Origin: Acidobacteriota bacterium
GTDB lineage: Bacteria; Acidobacteriota; Blastocatellia; Pyrinomonadales; Pyrinomonadaceae
Direction of reading: 5' to 3'
Length of the DNA: 64,000 nucleotides
NCBI GenBank assembly: GCA_020199775.1
Contig: JAIVJZ010000046.1
Location: 9,011 to 73,010, forward strand
Position numbers and translations under genes: made by a program. Shown here in pieces: positions 1 through 9,643 of the stretch. The number at the start of each line of letters is the position of its first letter. The first letter of the stretch is position 1. Under the pieces are notes generated by a model. It did no database searches. It had not been told where the DNA came from and worked only from the letters and a program-made list of their open reading frames with translations.

Positions 1-687
1 CTCCTGCAAACCACCAAGCGCGGCATCGAGGCGCTCGGCGAGAAGGAAGTCAAAGAACTGCGCGTCGTCTTGAAGGCCGACGTGCAGGGTTCGGTCGAAG
101 TGTTGAAGAGCACGCTGACGAAACTCTCGACCGAGGCGGTGAAAGTCTTCGTCGTGCGCTCGGGCGTCGGCGCGATCACCGAATCGGACGTGCTGCTCGC
201 CTCGGCCACGCAGGCGGGCGCGTCGAACTCGGCGGTCGTCATCATCGGTTTCAACGTGCGGCCGGAAGTGCGCGCGGCGGAACTGGCGAAACTCGAACAC
301 GTAGACATCCGGCTCCACTCGATCATCTACAAGGTGGAGGAGGAGATTCGCGCGGCCATGATCGGCATGCTCGAAGCCATCGAGTCGGAGAAGATACTCG
401 GCAAGGCCGAAGTGCGCGACGTGTTCAAAGTGCCGCGCGCCGGCACCGTGGCGGGCTGCATGGTGATCGACGGCACGATCCGCCGCAACTCGCGTGCGCG
501 CCTTATCCGCGACGGCGTCGTCGCGTGGGAGGGCGGCATCGCCTCCCTGCGTCGCTTCAAGGACGACGTGGGCGAAGTCCGCGAAGGCTTCGAGTGCGGC
601 ATCTCGCTCGAAAACTTCAACGACGTGAAAGCCGGCGACCAGATCGAGTCTTACGTCATCGAGAAGGTGGCGGCGACGGAGCTATAA
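1..687 (+). CDS. infB: Translation initiation factor IF-2, C-terminal part (5' end lies outside the window)
   Basis: Frame 1 is open from base 1. Translation ...LKADVQGSVEVLKSTL...VIIGFNVRP...GTVAGCMVIDGTIRRNSRARLIRDGVV...ECGISLENFNDVKAGDQIE matches conserved IF-2 C-terminal domains. rbfA follows, as in nusA-infB-rbfA operons. Confidence 0.92.
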   Translation, partial: LLQTTKRGIEALGEKEVKELRVVLKADVQGSVEVLKSTLTKLSTEAVKVFVVRSGVGAITESDVLLASATQAGASNSAVVIIGFNVRPEVRAAELAKLEHVDIRLHSIIYKVEEEIRAAMIGMLEAIESEKILGKAEVRDVFKVPRAGTVAGCMVIDGTIRRNSRARLIRDGVVAWEGGIASLRRFKDDVGEVREGFECGISLENFNDVKAGDQIESYVIEKVAATEL

Positions 688-769
688 GTTTCAGGTTTCA
701 AGTTTCAGGTTTCAGGTCTGAAGTTAACCCGGTTTTTAACTTGAAATTTGGAACCTGAAACTTGAAACC
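688..769. repeat. Heptamer-armed hairpin, word GTTTCAG/GTTTCAA
   Basis: Left arm 688-727 = gtttcag gtttcaa gtttcag gtttcag gtctgaa gttaa. Loop cccggttt. Right arm 736-769 = ttaac ttgaaat ttggaac ctgaaac ttgaaacc, an imperfect reverse complement. Starts 1 nt after the infB stop (685-687). Confidence 0.85.
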
Positions 770-779
770 TTTGTGAGTT

Positions 780-1199
780 ATGCGAAGGCCCGAGAAAGTT
801 GCCGAACACGTGCGCGAGGAGATCGCGCAGATCGTCGGCTATGAGTTGGACGATCCGCGGGTGGCGATAGTCACCGTCACGGACGTGCGCATGTCTGACA
901 ACCTGCGCGAGGCGCGCGTCTTCGTCACCGTGAGCGGCACGGACGAAGAGGCCGCGACCGCGCTCAAAGCGTTGCGCAAGGCCGCGCCCTACGTGCGCCG
1001 CCAACTCGCCATCAACCTGAACCTGCGGCACGCGCCCGAAATACATTTCATCCGCGACACCGTCGAAGAAAAGGCCGCGCGCGTGGACGAACTCCTCCGA
1101 GGACTCACCCACGACGCTCCCCAATCCGATGCGGCCGACGACAACAACAGCGACGCCGACGCGGAAACCGGAGAGGAGAAGGTAAACGATGAAGTATGA
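780..1199 (+). CDS. rbfA: Ribosome-binding factor A
   Basis: MRRPEKVAEHVREEIAQIV...DPRVAIVTVTDVRMSDNLREARVFVTV...LRKAAPYVRRQLAINLNLRHAPEIHF is the typical RbfA pattern. Sits directly downstream of infB. Confidence 0.9.
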   Translation: MRRPEKVAEHVREEIAQIVGYELDDPRVAIVTVTDVRMSDNLREARVFVTVSGTDEEAATALKALRKAAPYVRRQLAINLNLRHAPEIHFIRDTVEEKAARVDELLRGLTHDAPQSDAADDNNSDADAETGEEKVNDEV

Positions 1200-1267
1200 A
1201 CGATGAACGATGAATGTAAGGCAACTGCTTTTACTTCATCGTTCATCGTTCCTACTTCATCGTTTTT
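1184..1267. repeat. Heptamer-armed hairpin, word GATGAAC/GATGAAG; terminator-like (T-run follows)
   Basis: Left arm 1184-1219 aaacgat gaagtat gaacgat gaacgat gaatgta a. Right arm 1231-1265 ttacttc atcgttc atcgttc ctacttc atcgttt (2 mismatches), followed by ttttt. The left arm contains the rbfA stop (1197-1199). Confidence 0.9.
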
Positions 1268-1274
1268 GAAAACC

Positions 1275-2345
1275 ATGCTTGTTCAAGTCGTAGAATTGAT
1301 TGAGGCGAAACGTCGTTTCGCCATCACCTCGCACATTCGTCCCGACGGCGACGGTCTGGGATCGTCGCTCGGTCTCTACTGGCTGCTCAAGGCGCTCGAT
1401 AAAGAGCCGGAAGTCATCATGCGCGACCCGGTGCCGCACTCTTACGGCAAACTTCCGGGCGCGGAAACGATCCGCGTCACGCCCGCCGTGGATCGCGAAT
1501 ACGACGCCGTCTTCGTCATCGAGTGTTCCGACATCACGCGCCCCGGCCTCGTCAACCTCGACAAACAATTCGTCGTCAACATAGACCACCACGCGACCAC
1601 TTCGCTCTTCGGCACGATCAACTGGATCGACTCGACCGCCTCGGCCGTCGGCGAGATGATCTATAACCTGTGCAAGGCCATCGGCGTGCGCCCGTCGAAG
1701 GAGATCGCCGAGTGCGTCTACACCGCCCTCGTCACCGATACGGGGTCGTTTCATTACTCGAACACGACGGAGCGCACCTTCAAGGTCGCGTCCGAACTGC
1801 TGCGCGCGGGCGTCAAACCGGCGAAGGTGTCGCAGGCCGTCTTCAACAATTACCCGTGGAGCAAGCTCCAACTGCTGAGTCAGGTGCTCCCGACCGCGCG
1901 CCACGACGAGACGGGGCGCGTCGCCTGCCTGCGTCAAACTCTGGAGATGCAGGAACGCGCCGGGGCTTCGGACGAGGATTCGGACGGCTTCGTTAACTAC
2001 CCGATGAGCGTCGGCGAGGTTGAGGCGTGCGCCTTTTTGAAGGAGACCGCGCCGGGCGTCTATCGCACGAGCTTGCGCTCGAAGGGCGACGTGAACGTGG
2101 CGCGCATCGCGGAGAAATTCGGCGGCGGCGGCCACCGCAACGCGGCGGGCTGCACGCTGACCGGCGATTGGGACGAGGCCGAGTGCAACATCGTCGCCCT
2201 GCTCGTCGAGGCCGTCGAGTATCGTTCCAACGGCGACGGCAACAACGGTTCGGTGTCCGCCCAGCCGCCGACGCTCAGCGGCAACACGCCCACCGGGCAA
2301 CTGCCGCCCTCGCTCATCAGGGGCACGCTCAACGCGGAAAGATAG
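1275..2345 (+). CDS. DHH/DHHA1 family phosphoesterase (NrnA-like oligoribonuclease / pAp phosphatase)
   Basis: ITSHIRPDGDGLGS, NIDHH and GGGGHRNAAG motifs (DHH + DHHA1). ATG at 1275 chosen because the upstream ORF part (1203-1274) is just the translated hairpin. Confidence 0.8.
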   Translation: MLVQVVELIEAKRRFAITSHIRPDGDGLGSSLGLYWLLKALDKEPEVIMRDPVPHSYGKLPGAETIRVTPAVDREYDAVFVIECSDITRPGLVNLDKQFVVNIDHHATTSLFGTINWIDSTASAVGEMIYNLCKAIGVRPSKEIAECVYTALVTDTGSFHYSNTTERTFKVASELLRAGVKPAKVSQAVFNNYPWSKLQLLSQVLPTARHDETGRVACLRQTLEMQERAGASDEDSDGFVNYPMSVGEVEACAFLKETAPGVYRTSLRSKGDVNVARIAEKFGGGGHRNAAGCTLTGDWDEAECNIVALLVEAVEYRSNGDGNNGSVSAQPPTLSGNTPTGQLPPSLIRGTLNAER

Positions 2346-2354
2346 AATAGAAAG

Positions 2355-2510
2355 GCCGTCAGCTATCAGCCGTCAGTTGATCTTTGTTCTTAGTCGTGCG
2401 AATCAATCTTTAGTAATGCACCCGGAAAGCCGCGCACAACCGACTACGAACTACCGACAAAGAACACCTCATGGCTGACGGCTGACGGCTGACGGCTAAT
2501 AGCTAACTGC
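2355..2510. repeat. Heptamer-armed hairpin, word GTCAGCC/CAGCCGT, with a large structured loop
   Basis: Left arm 2355-2380 gccgtcag ctatcag ccgtcag ttga. Right arm 2473-2510 ggctgac ggctgac ggctgac ggctaat agctaac tgc. About 90 nt between the arms contain a second imperfect inverted repeat (tctttgttcttagtcg / cgactacgaactaccgacaaaga). Confidence 0.75.
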
Positions 2511-2558
2511 TCCGCGCGCGACTGACAGCCCCCCGGCTTTCGTTTATACTCTGCGCCT

Positions 2559-3551
2559 ATGACATGGTTCCGTAAAAAGGGACAGAAGATTGAGGTGGTT
2601 CCGGCGGACGAACGCGTCGTCAAGACCGAAGGCGTCTTCCGCAAGTGCCCCGAGTGCGACGCCGCGCTCTTCAAGAAAGACCTCGAAGAATCGCTGCAAG
2701 TCTGCCCGCCGTGCGGGCACCACTTCCGCATCGGCGCGCGCGAACGCCTCGCCATCCTCTACGATAACGCCGACTACGAAGAACTCGACGCCGAGGTTAT
2801 CTCTAACGACCCGCTCAACTTCGTCGATACCAAGCCTTACCCGCAGCGTCTAGAACAGGCCAAACGCTCGACCGGGTTGCCGGAGGCGATCATCAACGCG
2901 CGCGGAAAAATCAACGGCCACACGGTCTACGCGGGCGCGATGGACTTCAGTTTCCTCGGCGGCTCGATGGGTTCGGCCGTGGGCGAGAAGGTGACGCGCC
3001 TCGTGGAGCGCGCGATCAAGGAGCGCGCGGCCGTCATCACCATCACCTCTTCCGGCGGCGCGCGCATGCAGGAAGGCACGCTCTCGCTCTTGCAGATGGC
3101 GAAAGTCTCGGCCGCGCTCGCGCAACTCGACAAGTCGCGCCTCCCCTTCATCTCCATCCTGACCGACCCGACGACGGGCGGCGTGACCGCCAGCTTCGCC
3201 ATGCTCGGCGACGTGATCATCGCCGAGCCGAAAGCCCTGATCGGTTTCGCCGGGCCGCGCGTCATCGAACAGACCATCCGCCAGAAGTTGCCCAAAGATT
3301 TCCAACGCTCCGAATTCCTGCTCGAACACGGCATGCTCGACGCCGTCGTTGACCGGCGCGAGATGCGCCCTCTCATCGTCAAGCTGCTCGAATTTATGGT
3401 GAACCCCGAAATCAACGCGCCGCTGCTCGACGTGGACATCAACTTCGCCGGAGGCCAGAACGGCTACAACGCCAAGACCGCCGCAACGTTGCTTAAAGAG
3501 CAACCGTCCGAGGCAACTGTTCCCGGTTCTAAATCGCCGGCCGATAAGTAG
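2559..3551 (+). CDS. accD: Acetyl-CoA carboxylase carboxyltransferase beta subunit
   Basis: N-terminal zinc ribbon CPECDAALF...CPPCGHHFRI, then GGSMGSAVGEK, SGGARMQEG and TDPTTGGVTASFA motifs. Confidence 0.93.
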   Translation: MTWFRKKGQKIEVVPADERVVKTEGVFRKCPECDAALFKKDLEESLQVCPPCGHHFRIGARERLAILYDNADYEELDAEVISNDPLNFVDTKPYPQRLEQAKRSTGLPEAIINARGKINGHTVYAGAMDFSFLGGSMGSAVGEKVTRLVERAIKERAAVITITSSGGARMQEGTLSLLQMAKVSAALAQLDKSRLPFISILTDPTTGGVTASFAMLGDVIIAEPKALIGFAGPRVIEQTIRQKLPKDFQRSEFLLEHGMLDAVVDRREMRPLIVKLLEFMVNPEINAPLLDVDINFAGGQNGYNAKTAATLLKEQPSEATVPGSKSPADK

Positions 3552-3596
3552 GCGTCCCGGCTCTCGCCATCCCCTCAGGGCAAATAAACTTCGCTC

Positions 3597-4925
3597 ATGC
3601 ACTTTGACGAAGCGGTCAACTATCTCCACGGCCTCGGCCACGAAACCCTCGCGATCAAACTCGGCCTCGACAATATCGAGCGACTGCTCGCCGCGTTGGG
3701 GTCTCCCGAACGCGCCTACCCCGCCGTCCAGATCGCGGGCACGAACGGCAAGGGCTCGACCGCCGCGATGCTCGACGGCATCTGCCGCGCCTCCGGCGTG
3801 CGCGCCGGTCTCTACGTTTCCCCGCACCTCGTCTCGATTACCGAACGTATACGCATCGACGGGCGCGACATCACGCGCGCGGATTTCGCACGCCTCGCCA
3901 CACTCGTCCGCGCCGCTTCGACCGGGTTAAAAACCGCGACGGGCGCGCTGCCCACGTTCTTCGAGCAAGTGACGGCCATCGCGCTCGTCGCCTTCCACGA
4001 GGCGCGGGTCGAACTCGCCATCCTCGAAACCGGCCTCGGCGGGCGGCTTGACGCGACGACCGCCGCACGCGCCGACGTGCTCGCCATCACGCCCATCGCC
4101 CTCGACCATCAGGAATATCTCGGCGACACGCTTCAAGCGATAGCCTCGGAGAAGGCCGCCATCATCCGCACGGGCGCGGCGGTGGCGGTCGTCGTCGCGC
4201 CGCAACCCGAAGCGGCGCGCACTGTCGTGCTCGCGCGCTGCCGCGAGTGTCACGTCACGCCGCGCTTCGCGACCGAAGACATCCGCGTACACGGCGCGGA
4301 CGCGTCGGGTCGCATGTGCTTGACGTTCGACACGGGGGCGGACGTTTACGACAATGTCCGCCTGTCGCTGCGCGGCCGCCATCAGGCGACGAACGCCGCC
4401 GTCGCCGTAGGCGTCGCGGAAGTCTTGCGCGAACGCGGTTTTCCCATCACGCGCGCCGCGGTCGTCGAAGGACTCGAAACCGCCGAACACGCCGGACGCC
4501 TCGAACTCATTGCCGGTCAACCTTCCCTGCTCTTCGACGGCGCGCACAACGCGGCGGGCGCGCGCGCGCTGCGCGACTACCTCGACGAATTCGCCCGCGC
4601 GCCCGTCACGCTCGTCTTCGGCGCGATGCGTGATAAAGATTTGGGCGAGATCGCGGCGACGATCTTTCCGGCGGCCGACAAGTTGATCCTGACGCGGCCA
4701 ACCAACCCGCGCGCCGCCACGCTCGACGCGCTCGCTTCCCTCGCCGCGACGCGCGACGTTAACAGGCCGCCGATTCTCACAGAGACGCCCGCCGGAGCCC
4801 TGCGCGCGGCCGTGGAGTGTACGCCGCCCGGAGGGATCATCTGCGTCACGGGGTCGCTCTATCTCGTCGGCGAAGTTAAGAGTCTCTTGGCAGAGCGCGA
4901 GCGCAAGTTGAATCGAGAAGCATAA
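3597..4925 (+). CDS. folC: Bifunctional folylpolyglutamate synthase / dihydrofolate synthase
   Basis: Mur-ligase P-loop AGTNGKGSTAAMLDGI, LETGLGGRLDATT, C-terminal DGAHNAAGARAL. Length and pattern typical of FolC. accD-folC adjacency is common. Confidence 0.88.
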   Translation: MHFDEAVNYLHGLGHETLAIKLGLDNIERLLAALGSPERAYPAVQIAGTNGKGSTAAMLDGICRASGVRAGLYVSPHLVSITERIRIDGRDITRADFARLATLVRAASTGLKTATGALPTFFEQVTAIALVAFHEARVELAILETGLGGRLDATTAARADVLAITPIALDHQEYLGDTLQAIASEKAAIIRTGAAVAVVVAPQPEAARTVVLARCRECHVTPRFATEDIRVHGADASGRMCLTFDTGADVYDNVRLSLRGRHQATNAAVAVGVAEVLRERGFPITRAAVVEGLETAEHAGRLELIAGQPSLLFDGAHNAAGARALRDYLDEFARAPVTLVFGAMRDKDLGEIAATIFPAADKLILTRPTNPRAATLDALASLAATRDVNRPPILTETPAGALRAAVECTPPGGIICVTGSLYLVGEVKSLLAERERKLNREA

Positions 4926-4999
4926 AGTTTTAGATTGCCCGCAGTAGTTATTCATTCAACCGAACAGAGTTTGGCGGACGGGTCGAGGCGCAGGAAACT

Positions 5000-5548
5000 A
5001 TGGACACATCAGGCAAAGAAGCCCCCGAAGTGGTCGCGAGCGAAGACGTGTATCGCGGCCGCATCTTCACGGTCACGCTCGACACGGTGCGCGAGGACGG
5101 GCGCGAGCACCGGCGCGAGGTCGTGCGCCATCCCGGCAGCGCGGCCATCGTCGCCGTGCACGACGACAACACGGTCTCGCTCGTCAGGCAGTATCGCCAC
5201 CCGACGGTGAAGTACCTGTTGGAAATCCCGGCGGGGAGTCGCGGCGATTTCGAGCCGCCGGAGGAGTGCGCGGCGCGCGAGTTGGAGGAAGAGTTGGGGC
5301 TGGTGGCCGAGAGTTGGGAGAAGTTGTCGGAGTTCTTCGTCTCGCCGGGCTTCTGCGGCGAAAAGATGTGGGTCTATCTGGCAACCGACCTGACCGAGAC
5401 CACGGCGCACCCGGAGGACGACGAGAATCTGGAGATCGTGCGCCTGAGCGTCCCGCGCGCTCTGGAGATGATCGAGGCGGGCGAGATCGAAGACGCCAAG
5501 ACCATCATCGGCCTCACGCTCGCCGCCGCACGACTCGGAACAGGGTGA
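5000..5548 (+). CDS. NUDIX hydrolase (ADP-ribose pyrophosphatase-like)
   Basis: Nudix box GSRGDFEPPEECAARELEEELGL. 182 aa. Confidence 0.85.
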   Translation: MDTSGKEAPEVVASEDVYRGRIFTVTLDTVREDGREHRREVVRHPGSAAIVAVHDDNTVSLVRQYRHPTVKYLLEIPAGSRGDFEPPEECAARELEEELGLVAESWEKLSEFFVSPGFCGEKMWVYLATDLTETTAHPEDDENLEIVRLSVPRALEMIEAGEIEDAKTIIGLTLAAARLGTG

Positions 5549-5667
5549 AGGGTATCGGGAACAGGGTGAAGGGTAAGGGGGAAGGGGTAAAGGTTAAAAA
5601 CAAGAAGGCGCGTTTATCGTGCGCCGCTCGCTTTCATCCTTTACCCTTTCCCCTTACCCTTTACCCT
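5543..5667. repeat. Heptamer-armed hairpin, word GGGTGAA/GGGTAAA/GGGGAAG
   Basis: Eight in-phase heptamers at 5543-5598 (gggtgaa gggtatc gggaaca gggtgaa gggtaag ggggaag gggtaaa ggttaaa). Right arm about 5636-5667 (tttaccc tttcccc ttaccc tttaccc). The first unit contains the NUDIX stop (5546-5548). Loop core 5596-5628 is identical to 9728-9760. Confidence 0.85.
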
Positions 5668-5680
5668 TGCTTGCTTCCGG

Positions 5681-6670
5681 TTGACGCTCATCCTCGCGTC
5701 TCTTACACTCGAAATTATCGTGGACACACCGACTGAAACTCCGCACGGACTTACTTCCGACAACGCGCCGAACGCATCCGCTGTAGAGACGCGGACGCCG
5801 GGCTTGTACGGCGCGCAAACTTCGACCGCCTTTCCCGCCGCGCCCGAACGGCGCACGGGCGATCAAGCTTGGGGACTCGCGGCGGCTTTCGGCCTCTGGT
5901 TCGCCAGCGTCGGGTTGCTCGTGTTGGGCAGCGTGTTGGCTCTGATCGTGTATGTGGCCGTGCGTCGGCCGTCGCTCAGCGCGGAAAGTTTGCAGCGCAC
6001 GCTGGAATCCGATCCGTTGTTCATCCTGTTTTCGATAGCGGCGATGGTGCCGGTGCATCTGTTGACTTTCGGCGCGGCGTGGGCGTTGGTGACGGGGTTC
6101 GGCAAACGACCGTTCCGCGAAGCTGTCGGGTGGAGTTGGGGCGAGCGTTTCGGTTTCTGGACTTGCGTCGGGCTGGCGCTGGGCTTGTGGCTCTTCGGCA
6201 TTGCGCTGGCGACCATGTTCGGCGGTCAGGAGACCGACATCGACCGCATCATCGCCAGTTCGAACGCGGCGCGGCTCAGCATCGCGTTCCTCGCCGTCGC
6301 CACCGCCCCGATTGTCGAAGAGACGATCTATCGCGGCGTGCTCTTCGCTCCGCTCGCGCGCGCCGTCGGGACAAACGCCACCATCGCGATCATCTCCGTC
6401 ATGTTCGCGGGCGTCCATCTCATGCAGTATCGCAACAACGTGGGCGTGATCGCGGCGGTGGTCGTGCTCAGCTTCACGCTGACGTTTGTGCGCGCGCGCA
6501 CCGGACGCCTGCTTCCCTGCTTCGTCATCCACACCGCCTTCAACGGCATTCAGGCGATCATCATCGTCGCCCAGCCTTATCTGAAAACTCTGACTCCCAC
6601 ACAGCCCGTCGTCCCGCAGGGCATGCTACTCGACGCGATAACACGCACGCTCGCGCTCGTCCAGATATAA
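5681..6670 (+). CDS. CPBP family intramembrane glutamic endopeptidase (CAAX protease-like)
   Basis: Multi-pass membrane protein with EETIYRGVLF, FAGVHL and HTAFN motifs. Start uncertain (TTG at 5681; no in-frame ATG for about 120 codons). Confidence 0.72.
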   Translation: MTLILASLTLEIIVDTPTETPHGLTSDNAPNASAVETRTPGLYGAQTSTAFPAAPERRTGDQAWGLAAAFGLWFASVGLLVLGSVLALIVYVAVRRPSLSAESLQRTLESDPLFILFSIAAMVPVHLLTFGAAWALVTGFGKRPFREAVGWSWGERFGFWTCVGLALGLWLFGIALATMFGGQETDIDRIIASSNAARLSIAFLAVATAPIVEETIYRGVLFAPLARAVGTNATIAIISVMFAGVHLMQYRNNVGVIAAVVVLSFTLTFVRARTGRLLPCFVIHTAFNGIQAIIIVAQPYLKTLTPTQPVVPQGMLLDAITRTLALVQI

Positions 6671-6675
6671 AAACC

Positions 6676-8196
6676 ATGACACACGAAGTGGTCGTTGTCG
6701 GCGCTGGTGTTGGCGGCTTGACGACCGCCGCGCTCCTCGCCGCGCGCGGCCTCGACGTGTGTGTGTTGGAGAGAGAGCCGGACGGCGGCGGCTGCGCGAC
6801 GACGTTCGCGCGGTTCGGCTACGAATTCGAGACGACCGCCGGGCTCTACGCCGGTTGGGGCGCGGGCGACATCCACGCGCGCGTCTTCTCGGAGTTGCCC
6901 GTCGCCCCGCCCGAAGCGCGCAGGCTCGCGCCCGCATACGTCGTGCGCTTGCCCGATGCGACCGAGGTGCGGGTCGGGGCGGGAGACGAAAGCGAAAATA
7001 GTGTCGGGGAGTTTGAGGAGGAGTTGCGCCGCGCGTTCCCCGAATGCGCCCCGGCCGCGCTCGACTTTTATCGTGAGCTTACGCCTATCGGTGAAGCCCT
7101 GCACCGCGCCGCGCGCCGCACGCCCGCGCTCGCCACGCTGTCGAAGTTCGGGCGCATGAAACTTATGGCGGCCGAGGCGCGGCACGCCTCGCGCGTCCTC
7201 GCCCTGCAAACGCACACGGCGGCCGAACATCTCGCCGCCACGTCCACGCGCTTTCGCCGCTTCATCGACGCGCAACTGCAAATCTACGCCGGTTGCGCGA
7301 GCGACGAGTGCGCTTACCCGTACGCGGCGGTCGCGCTCAACCTGCCGCGTCGCGGCCTCTACGCGTTGCGCGGCGGCGCCTCCGCACTCGCGCGCGCGCT
7401 CACGGATTCCATCAAACTGAGCGGCGGCCGCGTTCGCTTCGACACGACCGCGCTGCGCCTCGCGTTCGACGCCGACGGGCGCGTCGCCGGGGTCGATCTG
7501 CTGAGCGGCGAAACCGTCCGGGCGACGCGCGCCGTCGTCAGCAATCTCACCGTCTGGGATACCTACGGCAAACTCGTCGGCGCATCGCGCACGCCCGGCC
7601 ACCTGCGCGCTCGTCTGAAATCGGCGCGCGGTTGGGGCGCATACGTGCTCTATCTCGGCGCGGACGACGCGGCCGTGCGGCGTCTCTCCGCAGATCGTCT
7701 CATCGTGCTCGACAGTTGGCAGGAAGGCGAAACTTACGATGCGACGCGGGCGCAGTTCATGTTCAGCGCGTCGCCCGCGTGGGACGCCGCCCGCGCGCCC
7801 ACAGGCAAACGCGCCGTCACCGTCTCGCTCTACACGGACGCGGCCGACTGGTTCGCCTATCACACGGACGAGAGCGAACACGAGACACAGGATCAGCAAA
7901 TGCTGGAAACGTGTTGGGCGCGTCTCCACGCCGCGCTGCCCGAACTCGGCGCGGGCGTCGAAGTGATCGAGACGGCCACGCCGCGCACCTTCTACGAACA
8001 GACCCGCCGCAAACTAGGCATGACGGGCGGCATCCCGCAGACGCTCGCCAACACCGGCACGGGAAACGCCTTCACGCACCGCACGCCGTTCCCGAATCTC
8101 TACACGGTCGGCGACACGGTTTTTCCGGGTAACGGCCTCGCCGCAGTCACCCAATCCGCTCTCATCGCCGCCGACGAGATCGCGCCGGGGAAATAA
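6676..8196 (+). CDS. NAD(P)/FAD-dependent oxidoreductase, phytoene desaturase (CrtI/CrtD)-like
   Basis: ATG at 6676 gives MTHEVVVVGAGVGGLTTAALLAARGLDVCVLE (Rossmann GxGxxG). C-terminal NLYTVGDTVFPGNG. The upstream 269 codons of the ORF overlap the CPBP gene and were discarded. Confidence 0.8.
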   Translation: MTHEVVVVGAGVGGLTTAALLAARGLDVCVLEREPDGGGCATTFARFGYEFETTAGLYAGWGAGDIHARVFSELPVAPPEARRLAPAYVVRLPDATEVRVGAGDESENSVGEFEEELRRAFPECAPAALDFYRELTPIGEALHRAARRTPALATLSKFGRMKLMAAEARHASRVLALQTHTAAEHLAATSTRFRRFIDAQLQIYAGCASDECAYPYAAVALNLPRRGLYALRGGASALARALTDSIKLSGGRVRFDTTALRLAFDADGRVAGVDLLSGETVRATRAVVSNLTVWDTYGKLVGASRTPGHLRARLKSARGWGAYVLYLGADDAAVRRLSADRLIVLDSWQEGETYDATRAQFMFSASPAWDAARAPTGKRAVTVSLYTDAADWFAYHTDESEHETQDQQMLETCWARLHAALPELGAGVEVIETATPRTFYEQTRRKLGMTGGIPQTLANTGTGNAFTHRTPFPNLYTVGDTVFPGNGLAAVTQSALIAADEIAPGK

Positions 8197-8240
8197 CGAA
8201 TCATTTACGTTGAGGTGTTATTAGGAGGTTCTCCCGCAGG

Positions 8241-9596
8241 CTAGCGGAGCGCGAACTCAAGCGCGCCGCGCGCGTCCGCCTCCGCGCCGCGTATGACGAT
8301 GACTTGATCGCCGTCGAGACGAACAAACGTGACGCGTGCGCCGTCGCGCCAGGTGAGTTGTGCGGGGTCGTTTGCGCCGTCGCGCCGTGCGCCGGTTTTG
8401 CCGCACAGGGCGTTGTAGGCGCGGAAAAACTCGGCGGCATCGACGGGCTTGTCCCAACGGGTCTTCCAGACGAAAAGCGGCGCGCTCCGTGCGCGCTCGA
8501 ATAGATAGGCGCGGTCGCCGCCCCAGCCCGCCGCGGCGCGCGTCGCGTCCGCCGCCGGGAGCGACTTCAAGAGCAGCCCGCGCACGCCCAGTTCGCCGAG
8601 CGGCGTCGTGGCCGCAGTCGTCCAGTCGTTCGCGGCAAATTGTCTCTCATCCAAAGCCACCTCGCCCGGCTGCTCCTGAGCGAAATATTTTTCGGGGTGA
8701 AGAATCTGCTCACTCGACGCGGGCGGGCGGCGAAAGAGTTCGTTCACGCCGCCCGCGCCCGATTTGCGGCGCACGGCCTCGACGAAACGCGTGCCGTCGC
8801 GGTAGCGGAAGATGAAGGTCTCGGTCAGGAGCGTGGGGAAGAACGCGCCGACCTCGCGGCGGTAGTCGCCGAAGCGCGCGTCCTCGTTTCGCCCGATCTC
8901 TTCGAGCGTGCGGCGCGACCAGACGGCGACGGTCTGCTCGCGGCGTCGCTGCACGTTCATCGCATCGCCCTCGACGACGGCGAAGGCGGCCTCCGCGCGG
9001 TCGAAGTTGTAAGGGCGCGCGGCGAGCAGTTTCAGCAGATCGAAATGCTGGTCTTGCAGCGCGTGGACGTATTCGTGCGTGATGAGGGATTCATCGCGCG
9101 CCGGGGCGTCCGCGCCCTGAGCGGCGAGGATGAGCACGCGCTTGTCGAGCGGCGAATAGGCCGCGCCTGCGGAGGCGGCGGTGAAACTGGCGGCGAGCAT
9201 GGCGAGGTCTGTGCCTTCGGGCAGCAACCCGCCCGCGACGGCGAGGCGGCTCAGCGCGCGCAATTCATCGCCCGCGAGCGTGTCGGCCAACTCTTTCGTG
9301 CGCGTGCCGTACTCCCAGCCGGAAAGCTCGCTCATCCCGGCATCGTGCTGCCAGGGGAGTTCGCGCGTCGCGGCGACAGCCGCCAACACGCGTTGGCGCA
9401 AGCCTTCCAGCGCGGGCGACAGAGGCCGCACCGGCAACGGCGTCAACTCGCGCTTGGCAGGCGCGACGGCGACCGCCGCCGGAATGCCCTTACGCGACGC
9501 GCGCTTATTCCCGCACGAGGCGGCGAACAACGCCGCGCCGGTTGCCGCCACGATGACGAAAATAAAAATAGCGCGCCTGTTAAACCTTGTACGCAT
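8241..9596 (-). CDS. Putative lipoprotein zinc metallopeptidase (HExxH), family not recognised
   Basis: ATG at 9596 gives a signal/lipobox-like N-terminus MRTRFNRRAIFIFVIVAATGAALFAASCG. Single HExxH motif (ITHEYVHALQDQ). Confidence 0.55.
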   Translation of the reverse strand: MRTRFNRRAIFIFVIVAATGAALFAASCGNKRASRKGIPAAVAVAPAKRELTPLPVRPLSPALEGLRQRVLAAVAATRELPWQHDAGMSELSGWEYGTRTKELADTLAGDELRALSRLAVAGGLLPEGTDLAMLAASFTAASAGAAYSPLDKRVLILAAQGADAPARDESLITHEYVHALQDQHFDLLKLLAARPYNFDRAEAAFAVVEGDAMNVQRRREQTVAVWSRRTLEEIGRNEDARFGDYRREVGAFFPTLLTETFIFRYRDGTRFVEAVRRKSGAGGVNELFRRPPASSEQILHPEKYFAQEQPGEVALDERQFAANDWTTAATTPLGELGVRGLLLKSLPAADATRAAAGWGGDRAYLFERARSAPLFVWKTRWDKPVDAAEFFRAYNALCGKTGARRDGANDPAQLTWRDGARVTFVRLDGDQVIVIRGAEADARGALEFALR

Positions 9597-9643
9597 ACGA
9601 AGTTTAGACGCGCCGATGCCGCCCCGCGATGCCGGGACGGAGA

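Noticed and set aside
1203-1274. N-terminal extension of the DHH phosphoesterase ORF, and the small ORFs 989-1276, 46358-46609 and 46377-46559 that read MNDE.../...SSFIV...
   Set aside because: They are translations of hairpin arms. The same peptide-like strings appear in whichever frame the 7-nt repeat happens to fall.
5869-6675. N-terminal 269 codons of the 775-aa ORF 5869-8196
   Set aside because: This part overlaps the CPBP protease gene in another frame. The Rossmann motif begins immediately after the ATG at 6676, so the upstream part is a spurious extension.
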